Positions 1 to 14,937 of a stretch of 64,000 nt of DNA are shown here, piece after piece. A program made the position numbers and the translations under genes. The notes beneath the pieces are model-generated. The model made no database searches and was not told the DNA's origin. It saw nothing but the letters and a program-made list of their open reading frames with translations. The stretch's first letter is position 1. Each line of letters opens with the position of its first letter. The DNA lies in contig JAQGDQ010000987.1 of the NCBI GenBank assembly GCA_030141605.1, forward strand, positions 8,759 to 72,758. The letters are read 5' to 3'. The DNA is from Tubiluchus corallicola. Lineage: Eukaryota; Animalia; Priapulida.

Positions 1-454
1 AACTAAAAAAGAAATTTCTAGTTTATATATGTTGATGTACTACCAGTTCTTAATCAGCTTTTCACAATTTCGTTGTGCGCACGCGCAATTGCTGTAGGTC
101 AAAAAAAGATTAAGTGAACCCCAGAAACACATCTTAACTACAATCGTCCCGTGGCATGTGTAAAGCAAAGACGTCTGCTGCATCAGTTCAGTAACTTTAG
201 TTGTTTTACATGGACTTGACTTAATTATGCATTAGTCTGTCCGTAGATTGATTTGCTATTAGGATTTTGCTCTAGAACAAAAAAAATGAACTACCTGGAA
301 GTTCCAGCTAGCTAATAGATGTGTTAATATTACAATAGCAGAGCTGTGAGGCTTTGTCAAATGTACACAAATGTGTTGTTTGAACACACTTAACCTTTTC
401 GGGATCATAATCAAATGCTGGAACTGTGAAAAAACTTATTGCTGTTTGTTGCAG

Positions 455-3400
455 GTTACAAAATGCTTATAAAAAAGCAAGTATTTTGGCCCTGAGGAAC
501 TACAATGACCAACAGATTTCAGCAGCCTGTGTAGCTTTTCTTGAGATGTTGGGTAAAAACACAACGTCACTGAGAATTTGTTTACAGGCAAGTGATAGTG
601 CAGTGAAGTAATTCATTTGTTTGTGCATTACAAGTTGGCTTATTTTTATAAGCAAATATTATCAGTGGGAATGCCTTTCAGCGTAAACCTAGGGATGTGT
701 ATGATGTGGTTCGTATTCCAATACCACTATCAGTATGTTCATCAATATATCCAACAGCACACCAATCATAGTACATTCATCTGTACATCTGACAGCACAC
801 CAATCACAGTACATTCATCTGTACATCTGACAGTATCTTGTTGGTGTTTAGTAGGAGATTTTTCTACCTGTAGCTATACATTTATTAGTTACTGGATTAG
901 ATTTTGTTAGTTCCAGACATTGTAACTTTTAAATTACCTGATGGTTTAACTTTAAAATGGCTGCATTTCATAGTTATAGCATAGGAGTCTTCATTAAACA
1001 AATTTGATTTGATTTCTCTCAAAATGTTTCTAATTCTATAGAGTTGTAGAAAAATTATCTTGGTCGAATTATGTAATAGTTTTTTAATATAACTTAATAT
1101 AGCTTAACTGATAGTTGATACAGATTTAAAGACTACATTTTATCATTGCTTCATTTAAAACCAATGCTGTGTAGCTTCAAGGATTGGATGCACAATTCAC
1201 TCAAAGATATTTGAGTCTGCTATTTAAATTATTATACTCTATTTAGGTGGCTAACCTGTTATCAGCAAGCAAAGTGAACACATCGTCCCGGGATCAAGGA
1301 AAAGCTCAGTTTTCTGCTTGTAGTTCACAAGAACAATTACCTGGCAATTACCATGCAGATACTGATGAAGTGGGTAGGTGTTTTTTAAATAAATACAAAT
1401 CCTTTTTGCATAAATTTCGTATTGTGAAGCATCTTTTTGTAGAGAGATTCGACTCGAGTCACTTCTCAGCTGGATATTGTTGTGTTTCTTGATTTGCTTC
1501 TTGATGCATGACCTTTTTGAAAAAAAGCTTGAGGCTCTGAAATTTTGTAACAAATCATCATGAAGCTTCATAGGAATATACTAGAATGAATTCATCTGCC
1601 ATCTTGAATTCAGGATGTGAGAACTGTACTACTTTTGGAAAAAGCCTAAGGCAATGCTAATCCACAACAGAATGTCATGAAACTATGATAATGTACTAGA
1701 ACGAATTATGCATGAAATTGATGTAAAAGATTACTGTTGAATGATCATATATTAGTGCATTCATACTATTCATACATATGAAATGCCTGTGTTCAAGAAT
1801 GGAATACTAGTCCTAAATGTGAATTGCACACTAATTCAGGGAGCTGGAACTAAGTTTACAAATGTTTTGTGAGGAACTTACAGTTTTTTTCATGGCTGTG
1901 CAGTTATTGAGGCACAAACTAAAAATGATATACAGTAAACTATGTATAACTCAAACACCTCGGAACTGGAAAATTTGTTCGAGTTGTGCAAAAGTACGAA
2001 TTAGACAATGTTTGTAAGAAAACAAGATTGAGTCGCTCATCAACATGGGACAATACACTAGTAACACTGCAGCTTGTGAAAATGACAATTGAGAATTTAA
2101 TCAAATATTAAACAACCGTTTTGTGATTAATCAAAAATATAATGACTGGTCCACCTCAATTGTAGTCTGAGTAGCATGGTCAATAGATTTCGGTAATAAT
2201 AATATTGTGATCTACATTAAACTACGTTCATTAAGCCATGTTGATGTAGCGACCTGCTAGGGTAATTCAAGAAACCTTAGCATTTTTGTTGATACAAGCA
2301 GTCAAAGTAGTAACGTGGTGCACACTTTCTCATTTGCTCACTTATAATTTCTCATTTGGGAGACTGTTCAAGATAGGTGAGGTAATTTCAGTCAAATTCT
2401 AAAGAACTGTACCAGGAATTTAGTTCGAGTTGTGTGATAATTCGAGGTACAGATTTCAAGTTAGGTAAAAGAAAAAATGAAAAAGAAAATCAAATTCCAT
2501 AAGATCTGTTCAAGATACTCAAAAATTAGAGCTATACCAGTTCGAATTATACATAGTTTGCTGTAGTACTCTTCGGTATTACTTTGTCATTTATTTATTA
2601 AAATTTGCTCTAATTCTGTTTTAGCTGCAGCTATGCTTGAGCTATTAAATGGTGACATTCAAGCAGGAGAATGGCTGCAAGAAAGACTCTGTGCAGCCAT
2701 AGAATCTGTTATACAAAATGAAAAGCCTTCAAAACGGTAAAATTAATTATGTTCATTTTAAAGCAAGATTTTGTTTCATGAGCTTCGGTTACTAAAATTT
2801 AAACACTTTAGTGCATTTTAAAATGTAGAACTGCATCTTAGTGGGGCAACTTGACTGTAAAATTCAGGTCGATTGGGCCTTTCCGTTTAGAACATCTAGA
2901 AAATAGTCCTCAAAGATTAGACACTAAAATAGCAGCCCATGTTTGGATGATTGTGTGTATTCTTGATGAAGGTAAATAGTTGGAGGCAGTACTGCAACTG
3001 AAACTGCAGAGAAGCAGTTTCTTTTGCAGACACCATCCATTTATTGGCTGTTAATGATGAGCTTGATTCTGGTCCTGCCACAATCATCTTTATTAAGCAA
3101 TCCCTGCTCTTAAATGCTCACTAGTGGTTTGTATAGTTTCGAATGTAGAAACATATCCTTGACAATGTGACAGGAAAAGGTGATATATTATTGATGTAGA
3201 TTGTAGAAGATGTGATGAATTATGTAAAATAGCAGTTAAATCTAACTTGTTTGTGTTTACAAACTTGTTTAAATTTTGCTGTAAATTTATATTTGTTGAT
3301 TATTTTTCAGGACTAGCATGGAGGCAGCTGAACACTGGCGCACTGCAGTTGTTTTTGCACAAGCTCATAATCTTCCGCTTCCTGTATCATATTTACTTGA

Positions 3401-6400
3401 TTGCGCTGCAGAGAATCACTGGTTGAGTTTTCTAATACATGCAGAATTGCACGGTTTCCAACCAAAAACGGTAATGATACTGTCAAAAAAGTTGCACAGT
3501 CAAGATGCTCTCTTGTCATGCACTTTCTTATTAGCCGTCTTTTATGTTACAGATTAGATTAGATTAGATTAGATTAGATTAGATTAGATTAGGTTAGGTT
3601 AGGTTAGATTAGATTAGATTAGATTAGATTAGATTAGATTAGATTAGATTAGATTAGATTAGATTAGATTAGATTAGATTAGATTAGATTAGATTAGATT
3701 AGATTAGATTAGATTAGATTAGATTAGATTAGATTAGATTTTATTCATCTCATTTAAACTTACACATATAATAATATGCAATGTTTCTACAAGATGACAG
3801 AACTACATTTAGACAGGGTGGCGAAAGACCAAGAGGTCACCTAGCAGCAACCCCTATTTGTATGAAATTAATATTTATTTAGTTAATCGAGTGACACTGT
3901 TATCAGCTTTTTGCGAGACATGTTTAATAAATGTATGTAATTTTAAATTTATAATAAAAATTATGTTAGTAACTAAAGGAAAATATGCATTTGTTATCAA
4001 TATCTAAATTACTCAATGCCTTTTGTTAGTGTATCAAAATAACAGATAAACTAAAATTAAAATGCCTTAAACAATTATAATAGACATAATACACTAGCAC
4101 AAGACTTTAACAGTTGACAAACAGAAAATTTGAACAGGTCAATAAAAATCAATCAATCACAGTTTCACAACATTGACAGCATTTACGACAATTGCGTATT
4201 AATTATACACCTAGTTATATATTTATTATTACATGCAGCAGTGCTATTTTTGAGTTACTTAGAGTAAAACAAATACATATTTTTTGTCGCAGATGATTTT
4301 ATCAGTTGTGCGAAGGAATATTAATAAGTTACTTCGCTTTTAGAATTCTTTTTTCTGTTTGGGTCAATATTCCATGCTGCCAAGTAATATAGACTGCTTT
4401 GAATGCTGAATTTTGTGTTTTCAGCTATTGCCATTATTACGAAGTTTTAAGGATCCTCATCTGCGAGAACACGTGTACTGCGCTATTAAAGGAGCTGCTA
4501 AAGCGACAGAGAAGGAGCACGTAGATAGCGTAAAGAGGAGACGAAAAACGAGGCAAAGCTCAGAAACACGGCGTCAAGAAAGAAGTTCGTGATTATTAAT
4601 TGTGTTACTTGTTGTGTTAATTGAAGCCATTGCACTGCAAGCTAGTTTTGGAACCACACATCACAAATTTAGGCATTTTGACTGTTTTTATTGGTTATTG
4701 ATTATTGAATATGAATTGATTGGAATTCTTTTTTTATTACTTTAACTTATTTAATGTTGTAGTAATCGGGTCTGAAATGGTGTGTTCATTACTAAGACAG
4801 GGATTTTTTGCAATTCCAAAAAAAACTGTTTTCCTCTCGAATCAAATAATGTTTTCGATGATAAGAGTCTTTTGGTTGTGATGATGATAAATAATTTTTA
4901 ATTTTTTAATAACCTTTTGTTAGGCACCTTTGAAAAGATAAACAGCAGTTATATTTTTCAAAGTTTATAAACGTTTTTAATTATGTTTTAATTACATTTG
5001 TTTATTATTCTAACGTTGTTTTATCGAAATGTTAGCGTGTTTCTATATTTTTGTTAGTTTTGAATTAGTTTTCTTCACATATCTTTTATTTATTTACCTC
5101 TAAATGCAAAGTTCTCTAATTGATTTTGAACAGTTGTTTTAAGTAATTTTTGCTCACTCACCAAAAATGTTTTTGTCATCTTAAGCTTATCTTATTTTAA
5201 TATTTCAGCTCCTTCCAGTTCCAGTAGCGACAGTGAAAGAGCATCACGTACTGACAGCACCTCTGTTTTTCATTTGCCTCCTCAGTCCTTCACATCGGAC
5301 ACAGATGATCGTGTTGCATCTGAAAGTGTGTTTGATGCTGTTCTAAATGCTGCAGCTAATGAGAGATCTTGGAAGCAGTTGCTTGATAGAGCTTATAAAT
5401 TAAATAATCCATTCTTAGCCCTGATAGCTGGATGTCATGAGGTATGTTTAGCATTATCTTCTCATATTTATAAAAATATTTATATGATGTAGCAGTCGCA
5501 TGTCTTATAGTGTTATAAAAAATAGTAACATTGAGTTTATTTATAAAGTTCAATTAGTTGTTTACACTAGTACTTAATGAAGAGTCCTCGATTTAAAATT
5601 GAAGTAGAGAATGAAAAGTGTATTTTTTTCTTATGCATATGCATATGATTGTTTTTACTATTTTCTTATAGTTCCTGCTTGATTAGTCTCTTTCACGTGT
5701 CTGTTGAGTTGCAGTTTGTTAAAGTGTGTCCACACTAACTGTGATGTGGTTTGATCAGTGGCGTAGCTAATAGGGAAGCAAGGGGAGTAAGTACTCGCCC
5801 TGGCTACATTTTTCAAAATTGGCGCCTTTTTGGCAATGGAGTCATTACTTTATTTGACCAACCTGCCTCCCTGCCTCCTCCCTCCATGCATTTACGCAAC
5901 TCATTTGTCAAGGTTGATTGAAGGAAGGATCAAATTGCACCTAATCTGATTATTATAATACATTCTTGTCACACAATTGTCTAGTGACGATTGTTTAGTA
6001 ATAAGCCTATTGATAATTATATATTGCAAAGGCAAGTTTCAGTATCTTTATGTTTTATTATGACGGTATTATGTCACGGCGCCCTTCATTATGTGGTGGC
6101 TGCCCCTAACTTTAGTACCTGGCTACGCCCCTGGGCTTGATTTCATGCTATTGTGACATAGCAGAGTTCTGTTATGCATTGTTATGATGATGGCAGGTAA
6201 CTTGCATAATAAAAATAATTTAGTTTTTTTAATTTTTTTATTACTCTATCACTTCATTTAGGATTTTAAGTCAGTTTGTTGGACATGATTCCCGTACTGA
6301 AATTGTTTTTTGCATGCTGCATTTTGCTACTTTGAGTTTTTTTTTTTTTTTGAAAAGCCTACATAACTCCAACAGACAATGAACGAACTATTATAATTAC

Positions 6401-9400
6401 ACAAAGAATTCATAGTTAATATTAAAGAAAAGAAACTTATAAATTAAATAACTTACTTTTTTCGGACAAATTTCGAATGCGCGCATTGCCGTATAGGTCC
6501 TCATATTTTGCGTCTTTGACACTAGTGAGCAAGTATAAGAAAGCGTCTTTGGTTACCCATGTTTTTTTACTGATCTCTGGTGACGTCATGACTGTACTCA
6601 CAATGTCATTCTTGGCCGTTCTTCAAATTTGATACCACTAACAATAATGTGATAGAAAATTGAAATAAACAAGTTTTACAGTAAATTTATAATAAAATAA
6701 ATTCAATATTCGTAATGAGAGTAGGATTTTAGATTGTAAAAGCTTTTATCATAGTGAGGGTTTAATTTGACTTTAAATGAAAGCATTCCATATTCTTTTC
6801 CAGACAATAGATGGTGAGCATACTATTGACTGTCTTTGCATATGGATACTTTGTCAGCTTCCCCAGCAAGCACGTTTAGATGCTGTGTCTCACATATCAA
6901 ATATTGAAGACCATGAATGGTGTCTGGGTGATTTAACAGCCGTTCTAGTATCCGCAGTTTTGGCTGGCTACCTTAGTATTCTCTGTCACGGTTTTGAAAT
7001 TTTTCAACCAGTATGTAAAAATACATTGTTCAGAATTGAATTGAATTAAAATTTATTTTTCTCCATCATGCTACAAAATATACAATATCCACATGCAGTT
7101 TACAACAAGAGTGCAAAGGTAATATGCAAATAAGTGTGGCCTAATAATTATTAATGTAAGTGGAGGAGAGAGATGATATCGAGGTGACCAGAGGTCATCT
7201 AGTTAGCTATCCTTTTAATATAAATTGAATAGTGAATAATCACAGGTAACACTAATGAAGTTCAAGAACCTATCAAGTCAAAATAATCTAATTTTAACTT
7301 CAGTTTAATTTGCTGAATTAGTGATTTCTAAGTAGTTGAGGTAGCGAGCATATTTGTAGTTGCAATATCATATTTAAGTCTGGTGGATAAATAAATGTCT
7401 AATTGAACAGAATTACAACTTTATTACATTAAGTGCCAGAAAGGAAATGAATTCTTCTTCTGAGTGTAACACTCTATGAACAATGGTGCATTTATCACAG
7501 AAATAATAGAATTATGCTTTGTAGAATTGTTTGTTTTTATTACTTCTTCTTTTTAGTCATTGAAATAAAGTATTTCTGGCTGGCTACATAATTAGCAGCT
7601 GAGTGTTTTTATTTTTTGGTATAGTTTTTGTTATAGTGAAATTTTACTGTCTTGATTAGCGCATCTTAAAGGAAAACCAGCCGATTGTGTAAACATTAGT
7701 TCAAAATAAAGTATGTTCTTAGTTGAAAATAAATAGTATGTTCTAAAATATTGAAAACTACAATAGCTACTTTGAATCAATGCTTAGAATAAATATTAAT
7801 TACATCGGATAGTTAAATTTCGTTAAAAATTATTATTAAGACCTTTGTCTTAAGACATTTGCGTGACTGAGGGCAAATAGGCGCAGTACCGTGATAAGCA
7901 TGATCTTGAACTGCAGTGTTCGTCTGTGATGTACAGCGCATTTTCGTGACATCATGTCAGCACCTTTTAGCAATCTAATCTTACGCAAACATGCTTGATG
8001 CACAGGAAAGATGCCTGCTATTGCACAAACGCTGATTAGTTTGTGACATAACCGATAGCTGTGTTTGGTTGGTTGCTGCTAACAAGCTTTCAAGCTAATT
8101 ATTTAACTATAAGACGCTATTGCTAGCTTTTATAGCCTAGAAAATGCATATTTTGGATAGCAAATTAAAATGGAATTGAGTCTAATCAATCGTCCGGTTT
8201 TCCTTTAAGCTGCTGTTAATGAATGAGATTACATTGCTTGACTTGACCTTTCTATTTTACTTGACAGTGTTCGCCTCTGTTGCCTTTGCTAAGGTTTCTT
8301 CAAGCTGAAGCTTACAAATATGATGTTCAAACTTGTCGAACTCACTTGGAATCATTTAAAACAAGCTTCACAAAAGTATGTTTATTTTTTATATTGTATT
8401 CACTCGTTGAAATTATTTTTAACCATCATCCTTCAAATACGCACTCTAAACTTGCAGAATTCGTATGGAATTGTTTATGTCAAAATTTTATGTGTTAGTT
8501 AAAACAAAATGTTTGCATTTTCAGTACTGTAAGCATGGCAAGAAGGATGAAGGAATCCTCGGAGATCGGCAGTGGTTTGAAGCTGTCTCAGTGAAGCTAA
8601 TTAAAACACTTCTTTCCAAATGCCAAACATCGTATGAAGTTATGTCCGTGTTACAGCCACTCAGTGACTTGAGCATAAACACACTTCTGTCTTCAACCAA
8701 AGGCAAGTCTAAAAATGAAGCAGAAATCTCATCATGTTTAGGGCGAATGATTTGTGAGCAGAACAAACGCGTTTTATTCTTATTGCTGGCAATCACTTGT
8801 CAAGGTGGCTGTGAGCTGCGAGTTCACAATTTGTTGACAATTTTGTTTTAATGTTATCTTTAAAAAATAGCAGTTTTACTGTGGTTTCCATATGGTAGCA
8901 GGCTAGCCTAAAAAAGCTTCATATGGTGGTTAAACATTAATAGAATGGTAGACGCCAGTTTTTTGTGCATGGCTAATGAGAGATAGAATTGCAAGTCTAT
9001 TTGAGTAAACGGGTACCATAATCCAAAGAGTAAAGTTTAATGTCAGTGACAATGATTCTGCAGCTGTATCACTGTTGATTTGTGCATTCTTTTGTTTATT
9101 TATTCATAGTCATTTTAAAACTCCTTCTTTTTCTTCTTATTCCAACAAAGTGCTTTACCCCCATACCTGAGATATGCCAATGAAGAAATACTGGATACTG
9201 TAACAATGATAATGATAGTGATAGTGATAGTGATGGTGATGGTGACAGTGACAGTGACAGTGATAGTGATAGTGGTAGTGGTTGTGATAGTCATAGTCAT
9301 AATGATAATGAGAATGAGAATGATAAAGATAATGATAATGGTGATAACAACAGCACTTACAATAACTTTATCAGTTGTAACAATAATAACAATAACAACA

Positions 9401-12400
9401 GTATTAATAATTTTTTTCTATTCAATAGATTTATTTCGCAATAAACATATACATATGCATTACATGTGGATCGATAATCAGTTTTTGTTAATACAAAATT
9501 ATGATACAATTCATGAATTCTGCGCTACAGACAATTTAACCTAACTTGCAGTTTTTGAAATTAACTGTTGTGATTTTTCTGTCACCAACCAACAAATTTA
9601 CTACTACTACTACTACATATAAAGATTATAAGTGAATTTTGTAGACTATTCATTAGTTGATCAAACGATGTGATCCTAATATAATAAATTCCAAAATAAC
9701 TACACCAAAATTGAATTTACTGCCGACCAGTTTCGAACTGTTCATTGTCAAGGCATCTAAAATAAAGAAATTTACCAAAATTTAGGAACAACATTGAAAT
9801 GTAATTCAGTAGTTAAACAACCAAAATATACGTGATATAACACTATATAAGATAATTTAGCAATTTACCTTGCAGATTACATATCTTGATTGGTATGAAA
9901 CTATACTACATTTCACAATCAAACAAACAAATATGTTAGTAGTAACAGAACTGTCCATATTAAGGAGCTGCCATTTTGTAGCTGAATTCCACACAACACA
10001 GCATCGCACTTCAGCAGTAAAGAGTGCACATACTCATCTTTGCTGTTTAGCTTGGGTCCAAAACATTTTATGTGTAATGCTTCCAGTTTTGACATATCAC
10101 GGTAATTGCATCCACAGTTTTTGCCAAATATTTATAATTCAAAAATAATTATTAGACCATAATAAAAATTGTTGGAATTTCAAATTAAGTGTTTGTAACA
10201 AAATCTGACGATGAATGAATTATGTTCTTTTATGTGGTTTTCCTAATTTGCAAGTATTTGAAACTAAAGTTTCCCAGTATGTTAAATTAAGCTTCATATT
10301 GTTTTTAGATATTGATTTTGAAAGTCTGTACAAACTTGCTTCCATTGCAACAGAGACGGAGGTTGATTTTAAAATAAGCAGGCTGCTGAGCACTGATCAA
10401 GACTATAATAGCGAATGTTTGTGCATCCTTGAATTGCTACAGGATAAGTCCTTGTTTGCTGAGGCACGATGTTTTGCTGAAACAGCTGGACTATCAACTG
10501 AACATATCATTTTAAATGAGGTATTCAATCATTTCTGTTTTTTTCTACGAACACTTAAAAACATGAAGAGTTGATTTGTTTGTTGCCTATTTTTGATTTG
10601 TTCATTCTTGCTTCATTTTTTTATTGGTTTAATAGTTGGTACTTTCATTTGTTTATTTATTTGCTTGGTTATATTGCTTTAAGTGTAATTCTGTACTAAG
10701 AAATGCTCAAATTTTCTGTAATTATTATTAGAATGATAAGTGAAAATTAAGTGTTAACAGGGATTTACTGAACAAAACAACTAATAGGAAATAATGTAAA
10801 ATAAATGAAATGCGTATGTTTATGTAGCTTATATAACACCTAATACAGTTGTAAATAAAAAGTAAAAGCATTGACAGGGATGTCCTGAACAAAATAATTA
10901 ATAATCTCATTTCTTTTCGGATCCTATCAACTAAACCACGGTCAAAATGTTACATTGTTTCAATCTATCCAAGACTTCATAAAATCTATGCGTCGCTTTT
11001 CATCAATTGATTGTGTGTGGTATTGTTAACTTAACATCATTGTATGTAGTATTATTAATTTAACCTCAGTATTTGTCTAACTCATTACTAACACTTAATA
11101 ACCATGCGTCATATTTTGTAATATCTTTTTTTTGCATTACAGCCTATGGTATTACTAATCAGTTATGTATAGTTATATACCAAAGGTTATGACTAAATAA
11201 AAATTTGTTTAGACAAAAAAATAATTACTAGAAATAGTCTAAAATGAAATGTGTTTATATAGCAGTGCTTTGATGTGAGAAAATTTTCTTCTGTATTAAA
11301 TTACTTCACTGGATTTTTTTCATAGGCTGCCCATAAAGTTAATAAAGCAGTCCAACTCTCTTTGTGGTCTGATTTGCCAGCAAGAAAAACATTTTGGCAT
11401 GGTATAGCAGATTTCTTTAGCTGGACAGGATTATCTCACAAGGCAGCTGCTGCATTCTTTCAGGTAAACTATCTTACTCAAAAATCTAGAGAAAGAGCCA
11501 TTCTCATATAATGATATAAAGTTTTTGGCGGAATTCGAGAACATACCTACTTTGCGTTACAATAGAGTTATCATATGCCATACCTACCTACTCCTTGTAT
11601 TGATATCGATATCAAGCTGATGTAGCTTTTTGTACATTTTATTTTTCCTTCTCCCAAGGACAAGCAAGAAAGCCACTTGTGTTAATTAGTGGAAAACCAT
11701 CAGTAGAATCGGCTGACAGTGGCGGTGGAAGCAATGGCAGCTACAGTTCACTGAACTCATTCTCACTGACCCATTCTGCAGTTTCCTCCTCCTCATGGCC
11801 CCACTACAACCACCTAGTCACTCCTTGTTCCACATCACAGGTGTGAAAAAGGCGTGAAGTCAGATAATGATATCTTCACTAAATCAACTAGACCTACCTT
11901 GCGTTATAGTGGCGTTATCACGTCTCCTGCCACCTACCTGCCCTAAACTTGATATTGTTATAAGTAGATGGCCCATAAACTCAAGGCTCACAGTTTTGTT
12001 TCCTGAGTTTATGTTGTCGTTAAAATAACATCCTTACTGTCAATAAAAACATTGCTTTTGATACTGAAGGAGTTTACTATGTGGAGATTGGGAGAGCCAC
12101 CATCGACCACGAAAATGTGATGACCTCGTCAATATGTTATAACTCTATCTGGTTACACCGCACCGTTTTAAGTTATTTGCATTTTAGTGTTAGATTTAAA
12201 ATTTATTCTTGAATTTATTCATTATATTACCAAAAATTGATTAGTTAAAATATTTAAGTTATTGTTGCATAATAAACAGGCTCGAGTTCATTATTTGATT
12301 CTTTGCAGGAGAGAGCTGTCGTCTGTGATGAAGACAATTTGGAAAAGGTTTGGTTGCTGCAGTTAGCTGTTGTGTCTGTTAGGAAAGGTCATCCACAACT

Positions 12401-14906
12401 GCTGGAGCAAGTGTTATACTGGATGTGGCATGCCGTTATTCAACTTTTTGTGTCCCACTACAAGGTACTGTATCTGTACCTTATTGATGTCACAGCAGCA
12501 GCAGCAGTACAGCTAGAGCGATTGTGATAAGATTCTTCATTAAGTGTTATTTCACTTTTTGGCATTTGTATGCTGCTTTGAGGTGTTGTTTTTTGCAAAA
12601 TATATCAGAATTTTAGTCCATGTAACAGACTGCGATTTGAGTGCAGCCACGTATTACAAGCAATTAAATTGTTAAATTCGAACAGATGCGCAAATAAGAA
12701 ATTCCTACTTTAGATGTATGGTGCAATTTTTACTTAGCTGCAGTATTAATGCTTTTTTCATTTTTTTGGCAATAGAAAATGGGACATTACCCAAGTGATG
12801 ACATCATTGAAGACTTACTTTCACTGCTGAGAAGACCTGCAGACAGCCTTCCCTTGACAACCGATTCCACGATTGAAAAGACTGATGTTAGTGAGAAGTG
12901 GCCTCGTAGAGAAAGCCTTACTCATTTGGTACATTTAGTCATTTTCTTCTGATAATAATAATTTTGTTTTGGACATAATATGTAAAGCAAAACCATCCAT
13001 AAGTCACCATAGCTGAAACTACGTTATAATACTTCAAAGTAGAATGCACCAAAAATTTGGTCAAATGTCAATTTCTTGTTTTTTATAAAAACAAACGCTA
13101 AATATATTGGACGCTTGTATTCCAACATGCAACATCCAAACATCAAGAAAATGTTAAAAAATACTAAAAATCTAATTTTATAACCTCCAGTCCACTTTTC
13201 TGGCTACAAACTACTACTGAAATTGTTAAAAAAAATTTACTTTCAATCTCTTATAGTAACTCGTGGGAGCACGAGTTACTATCTGGTTCTATTTTGCTTC
13301 TGGTTTTTTCTGTTGCCAAGCCCAGGTCTTCGTCTGGAAGAGCCATCTACTGGATTTAAACATAACTTCAGTCTGCTCTTGCAAGGTCCATAGCAACCAA
13401 CATTTGTGCGGTTGCTAAGTGTTTTGTAGAAACGCGACAAAAACAATGACTAACTTTAATAGCAATTTTCTCAAGGTTATGTTTTTGAGTGTGTAGCGTG
13501 TACCTCAACTTCAACATGGATTATCTCAGCTTAGAAATAACGTAGTGCAATGAGTTTGGTATCAAAATGATCCTCGTGAAATGGAGATTCAGGATATGTG
13601 AATAACTAGAAAAGCTTAATTGCCGACTTATGGACGATTTTGCTATGCAAGCACACATGTTGCTTAGATATTACTTAAGGATATAAATATCTAAAGTTAA
13701 TACTTTTGATAAATATGCATGCTAGAAGAACCAGCAGTATCATTTTTAAGATTTGGTGTGACTCGGTTGGGAAATGAACAAGGCTCGTACTCGTCCTATA
13801 ATTCCTATATTTTGGGATTATGTCCTATAATTCCTATAAAATCATGAATTCTCAATGAAATGAGAATGTTATTGGTGTTTTTTGTGCTTCTTTGGTGCAC
13901 TTAACCACAATTAGATAGTATAAGTACATATCTATATGATTTGGGCATTTTAGTGAATGTAAATAACAGTTGTCTGTTGCGAAGTATGTATGTGTTTACA
14001 GAGTTGATATTCTCATTGCGTGGTTTCAGGTAGGAAAAATCATTTACTTTTGCAAAGAAATTGTGAAAATTGCTGTAGTGTTAGAAACTTTCATTTTTAA
14101 AGAAAAATGTCCTATATTTTTTTAGAATAATGTCCTATATTTTTGAAAAGTAGAATACGAATCATGGAAATGAACCGAGCATGCTACCACTGCCCTTTTC
14201 CACCTGGTAAGCAAATGAAAATGATGAACAATGACTGTGGACATTCTGGAAACTGTAAAACCTACTATTCCTGAAACAATTTAATGGCATTTTTTGCTAG
14301 AGCTTCTGAAATTTATGAGGTTTTTGGCACTGATTTAAGCTGCATTATTGGTAACACTAGTACTGTGAGCCATATTACATGTCATGCATAAAATATGGTA
14401 CCATTTTAATGCTCATGTAGGAGTCAGCTGCTTTAGAATACATTATTGGAGTTTTGCTGGATCGATGCTGTATTAAAGAAGCGTACGAACTCACACTACG
14501 TTTTCATCATCATAGTCACGATGTATGGGTAGTAAAGGTGAGAAAATGTACATGCGTTCAGAATAACTAAGCAAAAACCCGACTATTTAAGTGCTAAGAA
14601 TCAAATAAATTTCTATACAAATTAGCGTTACTGTTTTTTGTAGTAACATTTTATATTCATCTTTACTCAGATTTGCAAAATGAGGTCTGAATAGTAACCG
14701 TTTTCTTGTTGCCTTAAATCCATTTCTCACGTTAAGTCTCTGTCTCTGTCTCTGTCAGTTTGAAATGTTTGTTTACAGTACTTTTTTTAAAATATTTAGT
14801 CACTACCTTACTGGCTAAAAATGACCATTATTATGTTGGAAAAGTTTTGGTAGTGAATGCAAATATTTGAAACGTGTTAGTGAGTGTGCAAAAGTGATTT
14901 TTTGGG

Positions 14907-14937
<31 letters not shown>

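Noticed and set aside
3591-3605. TTAGG as an interstitial telomere
   Set aside because: Only three variant units inside a TTAGA array.
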